From Candidatus Cloacimonadales bacterium (GTDB lineage: Bacteria; Cloacimonadota; Cloacimonadia; Cloacimonadales; JAIOQZ01), in assembly GCA_963674825.1 (NCBI GenBank), contig OY771587.1:3520001-3584000 (forward strand): a stretch of 64,000 nt of DNA, in the 5' to 3' direction. Below, piece by piece: positions 18,631 through 28,935 of the stretch. A model generated the notes under the pieces. That model saw nothing but the letters and a program-made list of their open reading frames with translations. It was not told the origin of the DNA and did not search any database. Position 1 is the stretch's first letter. Each line of letters begins with the position of its first letter. A program made the translations under genes and the position numbers.

Positions 18631-21600
18631 ATGAAGATCTCGATTCAATATAAGCTGATGATCGTGCTGGTTATTTTCGTTGTGCTCGCTACCGGCTTTC
18701 TAACCTGGGTTTTCTTCGGGAAGGCGAAACGGCGGCTTCTGGACGACACCCGTACAAGATTGCGCGATGTGGCAAGTATAGCAGCGTTGGGGATCGATAC
18801 AAGCCTGCATCAGACACTTCTATCGCGCGATCAGGAGCAATCTGAAGCATACCGCGTCATCAAGAAAAAGATGCAGATGATACGCGATTCATCCACCGAT
18901 ATCAAATACATCTACACAATGCGCTATGAAGCTCCCGGAACCATTCGGTTCGTGGTGGATGCCGAAGAAAATCCCCAGGAGATAGCACATCTTGGTGAGG
19001 TGTATGATGACCCCAGCGATTTTCTGAAAGACCATATTGCAGACATGCGGCAGACAATAGTCGAAGACGACTTTTACACCGACGAATGGGGTACCTGGCT
19101 GACGGGCTATGCTCCTGTTTACAAAGAAACAGGTGAGGTCGAGTGCATTCTCGGTATCGATGTCTCAGCAGACAAGGTTCTCCAGTACGAGAGGAATCTT
19201 CGCAACATCTATCTGACCATCTTCCTGCTCTGTATCCCCATCGTTCTGATCGCTGGGTGGTTTCTTGGCCGTACTATGACGGTTCCGATCAAAGAACTCG
19301 AGGCCTATACAAACAAGATTAGTCAGGGTGATTTCGATGTGAAGATTCCGCGTAAGACCAACGACGAAGTAGGTGATCTGACCGATTCGTTCAACGACAT
19401 GACCATGCAGCTAAAATGTTATACGACGGATCTGCGTGACGAAATTTCAAGGCGAAAATCAGCAGAAAACAAGTATCGTTCCATCTTCGACAACGCGATC
19501 GAGGGGATATTCCAGACAAGCCTCGAAGGTAAGTTACAAATGGCGAACAGGCAATTTCTCGACCTTTTTGGTTATGAGAAATTGGAAGATATCAACTGCC
19601 AGGAAGCCAGCGCGAAGTGCCTGTGGCAATCTGTGGATCAACGGCAGGATTTCATCGCGAAAGTTCAGGAAGATGGTATTCTGACCGGATTTCATGCGAA
19701 CATGGTGCGACGCGATGGAAAGCATATCCTGGCCGAAATCAACGCTCGGATGATCGAGCTTGATGATGCTATGTATATTGAAGGCATGGTGGTCGACATC
19801 ACCGAGCGACACGAGAAAGAAATCGCGGAACGGAATCGGCGCATCGCGGAAGAAGCTACCAAGACCAAGAGCGAATTTCTGGCTAACATGAGTCATGAAA
19901 TCCGTACACCAATGAATGCTATTATCGGGCTTTCGCAACTTGCGCTACGGACTGGGCTTACCGCACAGCAAAAAGACTATGTCAAGAAGATACATTCCTC
20001 TTCGCGTAACCTCATGCGCATCATCAACGACATCCTTGATTTCTCCAAGATCGAAGCCGGCAAAATGGAGCTTGAATATATCGATTTCGATCTCGATGAA
20101 GTGCTGTCAAGCCTCTCCAACGTCATCGGCCTGCAAGCCGAAGAAAAGGGGCTGGAGTTCCTATTCCATATCGAGAACAACGTCCCTTACTCACTCATCG
20201 GTGATCCGCTCCGGCTCAGCCAGATCATGATCAACCTCTGTAACAACGCCATCAAATTCACCGATCGTGGCTTCATCTTGTTGCGCGTAGCCGCAAAGGA
20301 GATTGACGACCACGATGTGATGCTACAATGCTCTGTGCGCGATACCGGCGTAGGTATCCCCAACAATAAACTCAAGACGGTGTTCGAATCGTTCAGTCAG
20401 GCGGAAGGCTCCACAACCCGTAAGCATGGCGGAACCGGGCTTGGACTCGCTATCGCGAAGAATCTGGTCACGATGATGAAGGGTAAGATTGACATCGATA
20501 GCGAGGTAGGAATCGGCACCACCATTTCCTTTACAGCTATACTGCGAAAGCAAAAATTGCAAACGCGGAGCGATCAGGTGATGCCTCTGACGCTGAGAAA
20601 CTTGAGGGCGCTGGTCGTGGACGACAACGATATTTCCCGTGAAATTCTAGTGGAGAATCTCCGTTCATTCTCAATTGTGGCCGATCAGGCTTCATCCGGT
20701 GAAGAAGCGCTCAAGATGTTGGAAGATCAATCCGAAAAAGATCCATACAACCTCGTCTTCATGGACTGGAAAATGCCCGGCATGGACGGTCTTGAAGCTA
20801 CGCGCAGGATTCGAGAGCATGATGGTCTGAAACAGATTCCTCAGATCCTCATGGTGACAGCGTTCTCCAAAGATATCGTACGCGAAGAAGCCGAGAAGAC
20901 CGGTATCAGCGGATTACTGGCCAAGCCGGTAAATCACTCCATGCTCTATGACTCGATTATGGAGGTGGTACACGAAGATTATCGTTCCACGCGCGATTTG
21001 ATTTCTCAGAAAGCGCATGAAATCAAGGGTCTGGAAGCGATACGCGGTGCGAACGTGCTCCTCGCTGAAGACAATGAGATCAACCAGCAGGTAGCGCGAG
21101 AGATCCTCGAAGATGAAGGCTTCCACGTCAGTATCGCGGAGAACGGACAGCAAGTGCTTGATATCCTTGCAGATACAAAAGAGCGTTTCGATGTCATTCT
21201 GATGGACATCCAGATGCCTGTGATGGACGGACTCGAGGCGAGTAAAAAGATTCGCGAAAGCGAGCACGATTACAGTAAAATCCCCATCATTGCCCTCACG
21301 GCTCACGCTATGAAGAGCGAACGTGATAAATCGGCACAAGCTGGAATGAACGCGCATGTCACCAAGCCCATTGAAGCGAACGATCTCCTTACCGCGATGG
21401 TGCAGGTGATTGAACCTCGCAAAGATTTCAAGCCCATTATGAAGAAAGTGGTAGAACCCACTGTTGCAGAAGATTTTCGGATTGATGGAATTGATGTGCA
21501 GAAAGGACTGGTCAATGTCCGGGGCAATGCAGATCTGTTCCGCAAACTGCTGGCGCAGTTCCATGGTGATTATCGTGAATCAGTCCAAGATCTGCGTGAT

Positions 21601-22071
21601 GCTTTGGCGAACCAGGATCATGAGCTATACGCCCGGAAAATCCACACATTGAAAGGTATCTCGGGCAGCCTTGCAGCCGAAGCGCTATACGAAGAAGCCG
21701 AGAAGCTCAACATCGCCTGCGAGAAAAGGGACATGGATGCGATCAACAAGCTTTCGGAGCATTTTTATAAGAACTTGCAGAGCGTTCTGGACGCGATCGA
21801 AGAATTCCTCGGCGTGCAGCCCAAAGCACAGAAGTTTGATGCAGCCAAGCCTGCGAAAGGTGATCTGAAGCCGCTACTTTTTGAGTTGGGCGAAATGCTC
21901 GATTTGGGCGATGTTGATGCAGAAGGGATCCTTGATGACATCCAATCCCATGTTCGGGATGAGAATGCGTTGGCGATGATCGCGAAATTACGGAAACAGC
22001 TTGACGAATATGAATTCGAGAAAGCTACTGATACATTGAATGAATTGCGCGAAGTCCTCGGCTTCGAATAA
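18631..22071 (+). CDS. Hybrid sensor kinase (2 TM, periplasmic sensor, HAMP, PAS, HisKA, HATPase, 2 REC, Hpt)
   Basis: 'FLANMSHEIRTPMNAIIG', 'GGTGLGLAI', REC motifs 'MDWKMP' and 'MDIQMP', Hpt 'IHTLKGISGSL'. Confidence 0.95.
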   Translation: MKISIQYKLMIVLVIFVVLATGFLTWVFFGKAKRRLLDDTRTRLRDVASIAALGIDTSLHQTLLSRDQEQSEAYRVIKKKMQMIRDSSTDIKYIYTMRYEAPGTIRFVVDAEENPQEIAHLGEVYDDPSDFLKDHIADMRQTIVEDDFYTDEWGTWLTGYAPVYKETGEVECILGIDVSADKVLQYERNLRNIYLTIFLLCIPIVLIAGWFLGRTMTVPIKELEAYTNKISQGDFDVKIPRKTNDEVGDLTDSFNDMTMQLKCYTTDLRDEISRRKSAENKYRSIFDNAIEGIFQTSLEGKLQMANRQFLDLFGYEKLEDINCQEASAKCLWQSVDQRQDFIAKVQEDGILTGFHANMVRRDGKHILAEINARMIELDDAMYIEGMVVDITERHEKEIAERNRRIAEEATKTKSEFLANMSHEIRTPMNAIIGLSQLALRTGLTAQQKDYVKKIHSSSRNLMRIINDILDFSKIEAGKMELEYIDFDLDEVLSSLSNVIGLQAEEKGLEFLFHIENNVPYSLIGDPLRLSQIMINLCNNAIKFTDRGFILLRVAAKEIDDHDVMLQCSVRDTGVGIPNNKLKTVFESFSQAEGSTTRKHGGTGLGLAIAKNLVTMMKGKIDIDSEVGIGTTISFTAILRKQKLQTRSDQVMPLTLRNLRALVVDDNDISREILVENLRSFSIVADQASSGEEALKMLEDQSEKDPYNLVFMDWKMPGMDGLEATRRIREHDGLKQIPQILMVTAFSKDIVREEAEKTGISGLLAKPVNHSMLYDSIMEVVHEDYRSTRDLISQKAHEIKGLEAIRGANVLLAEDNEINQQVAREILEDEGFHVSIAENGQQVLDILADTKERFDVILMDIQMPVMDGLEASKKIRESEHDYSKIPIIALTAHAMKSERDKSAQAGMNAHVTKPIEANDLLTAMVQVIEPRKDFKPIMKKVVEPTVAEDFRIDGIDVQKGLVNVRGNADLFRKLLAQFHGDYRESVQDLRDALANQDHELYARKIHTLKGISGSLAAEALYEEAEKLNIACEKRDMDAINKLSEHFYKNLQSVLDAIEEFLGVQPKAQKFDAAKPAKGDLKPLLFELGEMLDLGDVDAEGILDDIQSHVRDENALAMIAKLRKQLDEYEFEKATDTLNELREVLGFE

Positions 22072-22083
22072 TTGAGGTATTCA

Positions 22084-23280
22084 ATGAAGAAACAGCATAA
22101 AATCTTTATCGTTGAGGATGAGACTTTTAACATCAATATCCTCGTCGATATTCTCAAACCGAAGTATAAACTCTCTATAGCGAAAGAAGGTACTCGTGCC
22201 TTCGAGATGATTAAGAAAGTACAGCCGGACTTGATCCTGCTTGATGTCATGCTTCCCGGTATGAGCGGTCATGAGATATGCAAAATGCTCAAGAGTGATG
22301 AAGAGACTGCCACAATCCCGGTTATTTTCATGACGGCAAGAAACAGCCCGGAAGATATCGTTTATGGGTTAACCCTGGGTGCGGCAGACTACATCGTAAA
22401 GCCCATCAACTACATGGAATTATTATCGCGGATCAAAAACCACATATCGCTGGCTGATTATATCAAGGATCTTGCGCAACTCAATCAAAGTATCGATAAG
22501 CTCTCCGGCATCCTCCCCATGTGCCCAAGATGCCACAAGGTTCGTAGCGATGACGGCTATTGGAATAAGGTGGAGGCCTACCTTACAGATGTCGCTGAGC
22601 TTGATTTTACTCATGGCATATGCCCGGAATGTATTGAGAAGCTCTATCCCGATCTGAAAGCAAAACGTGTGCAATACGCGCAAGAGAACAAAGAAGGCAA
22701 CACTGATCTCAGCGGCAAGCCGCATGTGCTGATCATCGAAGACGAGAATTTCAATATCACACTCCTGAACGACATGCTGAAAGACGACTACAGAATCACA
22801 ATTGCCACAAGCGGTTCAGAAGGTCTCCAGATGCTGGAGAAAAACAAGATCGACCTTATCCTGTTGGATATCTTGATGGTCGGCATGAACGGTTACGAAG
22901 TGTGCGAGAAGATTAAGGCGCAAGAGAAATACCGCGATATTCCGGTTCTCTTTATGACCGTCATGCGCGAGACAAATGATATCATCCGCGCATTCCAGGT
23001 AGGAGCTGTCGATTACATCACCAAACCGATCCATTACGATGAGCTTTTCGCGCGGGTCAAAACGCAGATTGCCATCCGCAAGACCATCCTCGAACTCAAA
23101 CACGCCAAATCGATGTACGATGCGCTGTCAAGGCTGATCCCGATTTGCTCGAATTGCCAGAAGATACGTACAGATCAGGGGTTCTGGGAAGATGTGACGG
23201 ACTTCTTCAGCACGCACTCCAGCCTGAGATTCGAGAAGAGTCTTTGCCCTGACTGCCGCAAGGAAATTGGTTACGAATGA
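22084..23280 (+). CDS. Response regulator made of two tandem (REC + CxxC...CxxC) units
   Basis: REC1 'LLDVMLP' + CPRC...HGICPEC; REC2 'LLDILMV' + CSNC...LCPDC; GAGGT RBS. Confidence 0.88.
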   Translation: MKKQHKIFIVEDETFNINILVDILKPKYKLSIAKEGTRAFEMIKKVQPDLILLDVMLPGMSGHEICKMLKSDEETATIPVIFMTARNSPEDIVYGLTLGAADYIVKPINYMELLSRIKNHISLADYIKDLAQLNQSIDKLSGILPMCPRCHKVRSDDGYWNKVEAYLTDVAELDFTHGICPECIEKLYPDLKAKRVQYAQENKEGNTDLSGKPHVLIIEDENFNITLLNDMLKDDYRITIATSGSEGLQMLEKNKIDLILLDILMVGMNGYEVCEKIKAQEKYRDIPVLFMTVMRETNDIIRAFQVGAVDYITKPIHYDELFARVKTQIAIRKTILELKHAKSMYDALSRLIPICSNCQKIRTDQGFWEDVTDFFSTHSSLRFEKSLCPDCRKEIGYE

Positions 23281-24344
23281 AGAACCCTGTCGTTCTGCAC
23301 ATAGACACCGAGCAAGGTTTTCGCGGTGGCCAGCAGCAAGCACTCTATCTGCATCGCGAGATGATCGCACGCGGCATCGCAAGCTACTTCGCAGTTCCTA
23401 AAGATTCACTTCTATATAAGCGTATCGATCCAGCGCACGTTGTCCCCTATCGCTACCGTTGCGAATTTGACATCCTCAGCGGCCTGAAGCTGGCCCGTTT
23501 TGCGCGCAAGCATCAGATCAACATCTTACACGCACACAGCGGCCACGCACTAACAATCGGCATCTGGACAAAGCTTTTCCACCCATCCTGCAAACTGATC
23601 GCCTCGCGCAGAGTCGATTTCCGCATCCATGGTCGCTGGAAATACCGCAGCGCGGACAAGATCGTCTGCATCTCACGAGAGATCCAACGCGTCATGCTCT
23701 CCTGCAATATCGAGCCGGAACGACTTACTGTCATCCACAGCGGTGTCGATCTCGATCGCTTCGCAAGCTCCAAGGCAAGGAGAGACTATCTTCCCGAACC
23801 GTTGCGGGATAAGAAAATTATCGGCATTGTAGCCGCGCTTGCAGGGCACAAGGACTACCCCAATCTGCTCGGTGCAGCCCGAAACATTCTCGACCGTAAC
23901 CCGGACGTGGTGTTCGTATCGCTGGGCGATGGTCCCGAACGAGACAAGGTTCATGCTCTGGCGCAGGAAGAGCCGCTCAAGAGCCGGTTTCTGTTCCTCG
24001 GGCATCGTGACGACGTAGGACCAATCCTCAAAAGCTTCGATATCTTCGTGATGTCATCGCGAAAGGAGGGACTCGGGACGTCCATCATCGACGCCATGGC
24101 ACAAGGACTGCCCATCGTGGCGACCGATGCCGGCGGGATCCCTGAGATGATTCGTGATCGCGAGAATGGTATTCTGGTCAGGCGGCAGGACTCCGCAGCG
24201 CTCGCAGAGGGGCTCCAGTACATGCTCGATCACCCCGATTTCTCCCAAAAGATGGCACAAAAAGCCCTCGAAGAGGCCCCGCTCTTCAGCATGCAGAAGA
24301 TGGCCGAAGGCAATATCGAGCTGTATCGAGAAATATTGAGATAA
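23277..24344 (+). CDS. Glycosyltransferase family 4
   Basis: 'RGGQQQ', 'HSGVD', 'SRKEGLGTSIIDAMAQGLPIVATDAGGIPE'. Confidence 0.9.
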   Translation: MKNPVVLHIDTEQGFRGGQQQALYLHREMIARGIASYFAVPKDSLLYKRIDPAHVVPYRYRCEFDILSGLKLARFARKHQINILHAHSGHALTIGIWTKLFHPSCKLIASRRVDFRIHGRWKYRSADKIVCISREIQRVMLSCNIEPERLTVIHSGVDLDRFASSKARRDYLPEPLRDKKIIGIVAALAGHKDYPNLLGAARNILDRNPDVVFVSLGDGPERDKVHALAQEEPLKSRFLFLGHRDDVGPILKSFDIFVMSSRKEGLGTSIIDAMAQGLPIVATDAGGIPEMIRDRENGILVRRQDSAALAEGLQYMLDHPDFSQKMAQKALEEAPLFSMQKMAEGNIELYREILR

Positions 24345-24371
24345 TAAGACCACAAGAAAACATTTATCTAC

Positions 24372-24402
24372 AAAAAAAGGCAGACACCCTGGCCTGCCCT
24401 AT
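24372..24402 (-). terminator. REP-like hairpin plus U-tract after the TolC gene
   Basis: Minus strand ATAGGGCAGGCCAGGGTGTCTGCC followed by T7. Confidence 0.6.
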
Positions 24403-24420
24403 GCAAAGTTTGTTATAACT

Positions 24421-25674
24421 CTACCACTTCCCGAGGATATCGCGGGATAGCAGCAGGTTGATTTCTTCCTGTTTTTGCAGGAGCTCGTAGTGCTTGGTGT
24501 TGAGGGTCTGCTGTGCGTTGAAGTAATCGATGCGCACGTTATCGAGGTCGATGAGGTTGAGCATTCCGAGCTTGAATTTCTCTTCCGCCATGGCGAGGTT
24601 TTCTTCTGCGAGTTGACGGGTGCGCTCAGCGATTTCCCACGTGTCGTGTAGCGTCTGCCAGTCCTGCTTGAGCTGCTTGAGCTCGAGTTTATCGGAGTCA
24701 ATGGTGTCGTCCAGATCGAGCTGATCGGAGATCATGTTTCGCTTGGCCCGTTTGTAAACAAAACCGTGTTCGAGCAGCTGATAGAGTGAGTAGGAAGCCG
24801 AGATACCGATAGTGTAATTATCGTGATACGAACCGAAGTCGAGGACGTCTTCCTTTTCATTGCTGTCCGGCGCGTAGCTGTAATTGTAGCTGTAGGAAGC
24901 CGTGACATTCGGGAAGAAGTTCAGCCACTGCTGGGTGAGGCTGCTTTTTTGCACGCGAAGATTGTTTTTCAGAACCTTCACTGTGAGTGGGTCCTCATAG
25001 GTGATATCTTCCGGCGAGGTTACTTCCACCGTCGTATCGGAAAGCGGGTAACCTTCGTCTTTGAGGTTGAGGTAGTCGAAGAGTTTTTCGCGTGTCTTCT
25101 GTAGCTGGTTCTCACCATCGCGAACGGATATCTGAGAATTAAGCAGCGATATCTCGCTCTGCTTGAGGTCGAGTAAGGTTCTTCGATTGCTTTGATACAG
25201 GGTGTTTGTCTGGTCGTAAACTTTCTCCTGAAGCTTAAGCTCTTCTTTCAGGATATCCAGATTCTTCTCCGCTTCCAGCACGTTGATGTAGCGACTGAAT
25301 ATCTCATACGCAGCGGACTTGCGGATCGCGTCCCAGGAATAGTTAGCGCTCTCCATGTTGATAACCGACTGCTCCAGGCTGAACCATGTGGGCTCATCAA
25401 GTGAGATGGATTTGGACAGGCTGAATCCTGCGTTATCCGTTTCGACACCGTGCGATTGGGTCTTGCTTGCTGAGAGGGAAGCATCCGGCAGCACGAGGTC
25501 GAGCATGCTCGAGTAATAGTTTGATTTGCTGTTACTGTGACTGAGGCTTTGTTGGCGGATAGCAGTAACCTGCTCCAGTCCCTTCTCAATCAATCCGTCG
25601 AGTGTATATTCCTGTGCGAAAGCTGTCAGCATTGTACTGGCCAACACCATACAAAATAAAAACCGTTTGATCAT
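24421..25674 (-). CDS. TolC-family outer membrane efflux protein
   Basis: Signal peptide, two OEP-like halves, 'AEENLAMAEEKFKLG'; AAGGAG RBS before ATG 25674. Confidence 0.8.
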   Translation of the reverse strand: MIKRFLFCMVLASTMLTAFAQEYTLDGLIEKGLEQVTAIRQQSLSHSNSKSNYYSSMLDLVLPDASLSASKTQSHGVETDNAGFSLSKSISLDEPTWFSLEQSVINMESANYSWDAIRKSAAYEIFSRYINVLEAEKNLDILKEELKLQEKVYDQTNTLYQSNRRTLLDLKQSEISLLNSQISVRDGENQLQKTREKLFDYLNLKDEGYPLSDTTVEVTSPEDITYEDPLTVKVLKNNLRVQKSSLTQQWLNFFPNVTASYSYNYSYAPDSNEKEDVLDFGSYHDNYTIGISASYSLYQLLEHGFVYKRAKRNMISDQLDLDDTIDSDKLELKQLKQDWQTLHDTWEIAERTRQLAEENLAMAEEKFKLGMLNLIDLDNVRIDYFNAQQTLNTKHYELLQKQEEINLLLSRDILGKW

Positions 25675-25862
25675 ATCCGATTTCTCCTTTCGAAGTAACA
25701 AAACTTGGCCATGTAAGCACGAACCAGGTTACATAGATTTCGTTGCAATTCACATACCAATTACTCAGACAAGCGCAAACCGCTTTTCCTGCGCATCAAT
25801 TCTCACTTTCTTTCGTCTGGTATGCCCGTCCGCGAGACATTCATGTGCGGTGACGGACAGCC

Positions 25863-26450
25863 TTAGAACAGCTGAAGAAGCAGATAGATCACAAAATTAA
25901 ACAGGCCGATCAGACCGGATAAGCCCAGCATAAAGTAGGTAACATAGCGATGAAAATACTTGTCGAAATACATCATCACCTGATCTACATCCGCCTTAGC
26001 CTCAATCAAATCGATATAACGTGTCAGCTCGTACTTCTTTACCAGGAACGGCACGAAGCTGCGCAGGAAGTGCCTGGCGAATTCGTAAACAAACAGTGCC
26101 AGAATCTCACGAATCTTCTCTTTGACTGGCGCAGGAAGGTACTTCATCCGCATCACGCCGTCGAGCTTATTGTATGTCTCGTCGTAGATGCGATGCTCCC
26201 ATTCCCAGAGCTTCGATGAGCGATCTTTGCGATTGGCTGCGTTCTCCAGGTAGTATTTCACCCAGAAATTTACCTTGGTGAAGAACCATGTCTTTTTCCT
26301 TCGGAGAAATCCGGGCGTGAACGGCACTGGTTTGCCAAACCAGTGGAGCTGTTTCTTCGGGAAGAACAGAAACCACCGTACCGGCTGAACCAGCAGAAAT
26401 CCCGCCAGAACATTCATGAGAAGCAGGATGAACGCTTTGAGGAATATCAC
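25863..26450 (-). CDS. Hypothetical membrane protein (DUF445-like N-terminus)
   Basis: Terminal hydrophobic helices and 'FLFFPKK...PFTPGFL'. Confidence 0.55.
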   Translation of the reverse strand: MIFLKAFILLLMNVLAGFLLVQPVRWFLFFPKKQLHWFGKPVPFTPGFLRRKKTWFFTKVNFWVKYYLENAANRKDRSSKLWEWEHRIYDETYNKLDGVMRMKYLPAPVKEKIREILALFVYEFARHFLRSFVPFLVKKYELTRYIDLIEAKADVDQVMMYFDKYFHRYVTYFMLGLSGLIGLFNFVIYLLLQLF

Positions 26451-26459
26451 GAATACCTC

Positions 26460-27668
26460 TTAAACTTTGTCCAGAAGATGCCCCATCTTTTCTTTCTTGG
26501 TTTTCAGATACTTCAGATTCTCTTCATGTGGTGCAATCTCGATGGGAACTCTTTCGGAGATTTTCAGATCGTAACCCTTGAGCGCGATAAGCTTCTTGGG
26601 GTTGTTGGTAAGAAGACGAATATTGTGCAGCCCGAGATCATTAAGGATCTGAGCGCCGATACCGTAGTCACGCAGATCGGGCATGAATCCGAGTTCGACG
26701 TTCGCTTCCACGGTGTCTTTACCGTGATCCTGCAAATGGTAGGCTTTGATTTTGTTCAAGAGACCAATGCCTCTACCCTCTTGCTTCATGTAGAGTATAA
26801 CGCCGCGGCCTTCTTCTTCGATCATGCGGAAAGCATTTTCGAGCTGCATACCGCAATCGCAGCGCATCGAAAAGAGCGCATCGCCGGTCAGGCATTCGGA
26901 GTGTACGCGTACCAGCACGTTTTCCTTGTTTTCCACATCGCCTTTGACCAGCGCAACGTGGTATTCATCGGAAACGGTACTCTGGAAGGTGATGATGGTG
27001 AAATCACCGTACTTCGTGGGCAGCTTGGCTTCGGATACGCGTTTGACGAGCTTCTCTTTTTTCCGGCGATACTCGATCAGGTGCTGAATAGTGATGATCT
27101 TCAGCCCATGCTCTTGCGCATAGGGGATCAAGTCTGGAAGCCGGGCCATATCGCCGTCATCCTTGATAATCTCCACCAGTGCGCCAACGGGATTCAATCC
27201 GGCCAGCTTCATCAGATCGACCACCGCTTCGGTATGCCCCGTACGCTTGAGAACGCCACCCGGCTCAGCGACCAGCGGAAAGATGTGTCCCGGACGAACG
27301 AAGTCTTCCGGTGTGGAGTCTTCGGATGCCAGCAGTTGGATGGTGCGATAGCGGTCTTGTGCCGAGATACCGGTAGTGGTGTCTTTCTTTGCATCTACCG
27401 AAATGGTAAACTTGGTTCCGTGCCGTTCGGTATTGCGATCTGTCATCATGTTCAGGTCGAGTCGCTGCGCGGTTTCGACTGACATCGGGACGCATACGAG
27501 TCCCTTGCCCTTGGTGATCATAAAGTTGACCATCTGGGGTGTGATTTTCTCAGCCGAGCAGACCAGATCGCCTTCGTTTTCCCGGTCGGGGTCGTCAACT
27601 ACGACAACCAGCTTACCGGCCTTGAGATCTTCGATCGCTTCTTCGATCGATGCGAACGTGTATTCCAT
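26460..27668 (-). CDS. ribBA: Bifunctional DHBP synthase / GTP cyclohydrolase II
   Basis: '[11 protein letters not shown]', 'TTGISA.DR', '[10 protein letters not shown]...RCDCG', 'QEGRGIGL'; start set at MEYTF after a GAGG RBS. Confidence 0.97.
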   Translation of the reverse strand: MEYTFASIEEAIEDLKAGKLVVVVDDPDRENEGDLVCSAEKITPQMVNFMITKGKGLVCVPMSVETAQRLDLNMMTDRNTERHGTKFTISVDAKKDTTTGISAQDRYRTIQLLASEDSTPEDFVRPGHIFPLVAEPGGVLKRTGHTEAVVDLMKLAGLNPVGALVEIIKDDGDMARLPDLIPYAQEHGLKIITIQHLIEYRRKKEKLVKRVSEAKLPTKYGDFTIITFQSTVSDEYHVALVKGDVENKENVLVRVHSECLTGDALFSMRCDCGMQLENAFRMIEEEGRGVILYMKQEGRGIGLLNKIKAYHLQDHGKDTVEANVELGFMPDLRDYGIGAQILNDLGLHNIRLLTNNPKKLIALKGYDLKISERVPIEIAPHEENLKYLKTKKEKMGHLLDKV

Positions 27669-27682
27669 TGTATCCTCTTGAA

Positions 27683-27889
27683 TTAACCGATTTTCCCCGC
27701 GTTGAATAGTTCGACGAAATATTCGATCGATCGGTTGTAGGTTTTCTCGTATTTCGCGGGAAAGTAGCAGGCGGGAAGCTCGCCCATGCTGCGATGATAA
27801 CTGATGCACTGACAGCAGTTTCCTTTCTTCGAGCAGGGATAGCTGCAATTGCATGCCGCCATGTTTCGTTCTTTCATTTCACAATTCAT
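27683..27889 (-). CDS. Small Cys-rich protein (DUF6485-like)
   Basis: '[20 protein letters not shown]...ELPACYF...TYNRS'; GAGG RBS before ATG 27889. Confidence 0.75.
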   Translation of the reverse strand: MNCEMKERNMAACNCSYPCSKKGNCCQCISYHRSMGELPACYFPAKYEKTYNRSIEYFVELFNAGKIG

Positions 27890-27966
27890 TTCAGCCTCGC
27901 AGGTACTACAAAAATTAGCCGGAAATCCGTCAAGGATCAATTACTAAACTTCAGATGTATGGTGCC

Positions 27967-28935
27967 CTACAGCTTCACCATCTTTTCAATGAAATCGACC
28001 GTGCCGATGAAATCCTGCGGCAGCGGTGCGGTAAGGAACAGCTCTTCTTCGGTAACCGGATGTCGGAAACCGATTGATTTTGCGTGCAGAGCCTGCCGTT
28101 GCATGTGGTTTGCCCATAGATATTTCATGCGCTTGTGCAAATGTGAGGGTAGTGCGTTCAGTTCCAGCTTTTGAGTGGAATAGGTCCGGTCGCACAGCAC
28201 CGGGTAACCGATGTGCGACAGGTGAACTCTGATCTGATGGGTCCTTCCAGTGAGAATGCGTACATCCAGGAGCGCGAAGTAATCCAGATCGCGTTCGATT
28301 TTAAATATGCTGATCGCCGTCTTGCCGTCCTCCGAGATGCACATTTTTTTGCGATTCACGCTGCTACGCTTGATGCCTGTGTGGATCTCGGTGGGTTCTT
28401 CTCGCGGGACGCCGACTGTAAGCGCGTAGTAGTGCTTCTCGATTTCGCGCATCTCAAAAAGCTGCGATAGCATCGAATGGGTGCGGTCGTCCTTTGCGAC
28501 GAGCATAATACCGCTTGTGTCCTTATCCAGACGATGGACAATGCCCGGCCTGGTGGGATCGCTTCCGGTGGAGAGATTCCCCGAAAAATGGTGTGCGAGC
28601 GCATTCACAAGGGTACCACTTTGATTACCTGGAGCCGGATGCACGGTAAGCCCGGCGGGTTTATTCACGGCAATGAGGTATTCGTCTTCAAATAGGATAT
28701 CGAGCGGAATATCTTCGGGCTGCACCTCGCTTGGAGCCGGTTCCGGTAGCTCGATCTCGATGATGTCACCGACTTCCACACGATGGCTTTTCTTGACTGG
28801 CTTGCCATTGACCAGCATTTTCCCTTCACTGATGAGCTTATCGATCAGCGTTCGTGAATAGAGCGCTTCGATCTCGAGCGAACTCAGATATTTGTCGATC
28901 CGCAGTCTCGACGTGTCTTCGCATGTAATTTTCAT
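27967..28935 (-). CDS. rluD: RluA/RluD-family pseudouridine synthase
   Basis: N-terminal S4 domain, 'NKPAGLTVHP', 'GIVHRLDKDTSG', 'TGRTHQIRVH'. Confidence 0.93.
   Translation of the reverse strand: MKITCEDTSRLRIDKYLSSLEIEALYSRTLIDKLISEGKMLVNGKPVKKSHRVEVGDIIEIELPEPAPSEVQPEDIPLDILFEDEYLIAVNKPAGLTVHPAPGNQSGTLVNALAHHFSGNLSTGSDPTRPGIVHRLDKDTSGIMLVAKDDRTHSMLSQLFEMREIEKHYYALTVGVPREEPTEIHTGIKRSSVNRKKMCISEDGKTAISIFKIERDLDYFALLDVRILTGRTHQIRVHLSHIGYPVLCDRTYSTQKLELNALPSHLHKRMKYLWANHMQRQALHAKSIGFRHPVTEEELFLTAPLPQDFIGTVDFIEKMVKL

Noticed and set aside
27669..27854. N-terminal extensions in the ORF track for ribBA, argF (to 58938), adk (to 33091), the GT-Ppx gene (from 46372) and the TolC gene (to 25701)
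   Set aside because: Downstream ATGs have clear RBSs and match family N-termini; the ribBA extension overlaps the DUF6485-like gene.
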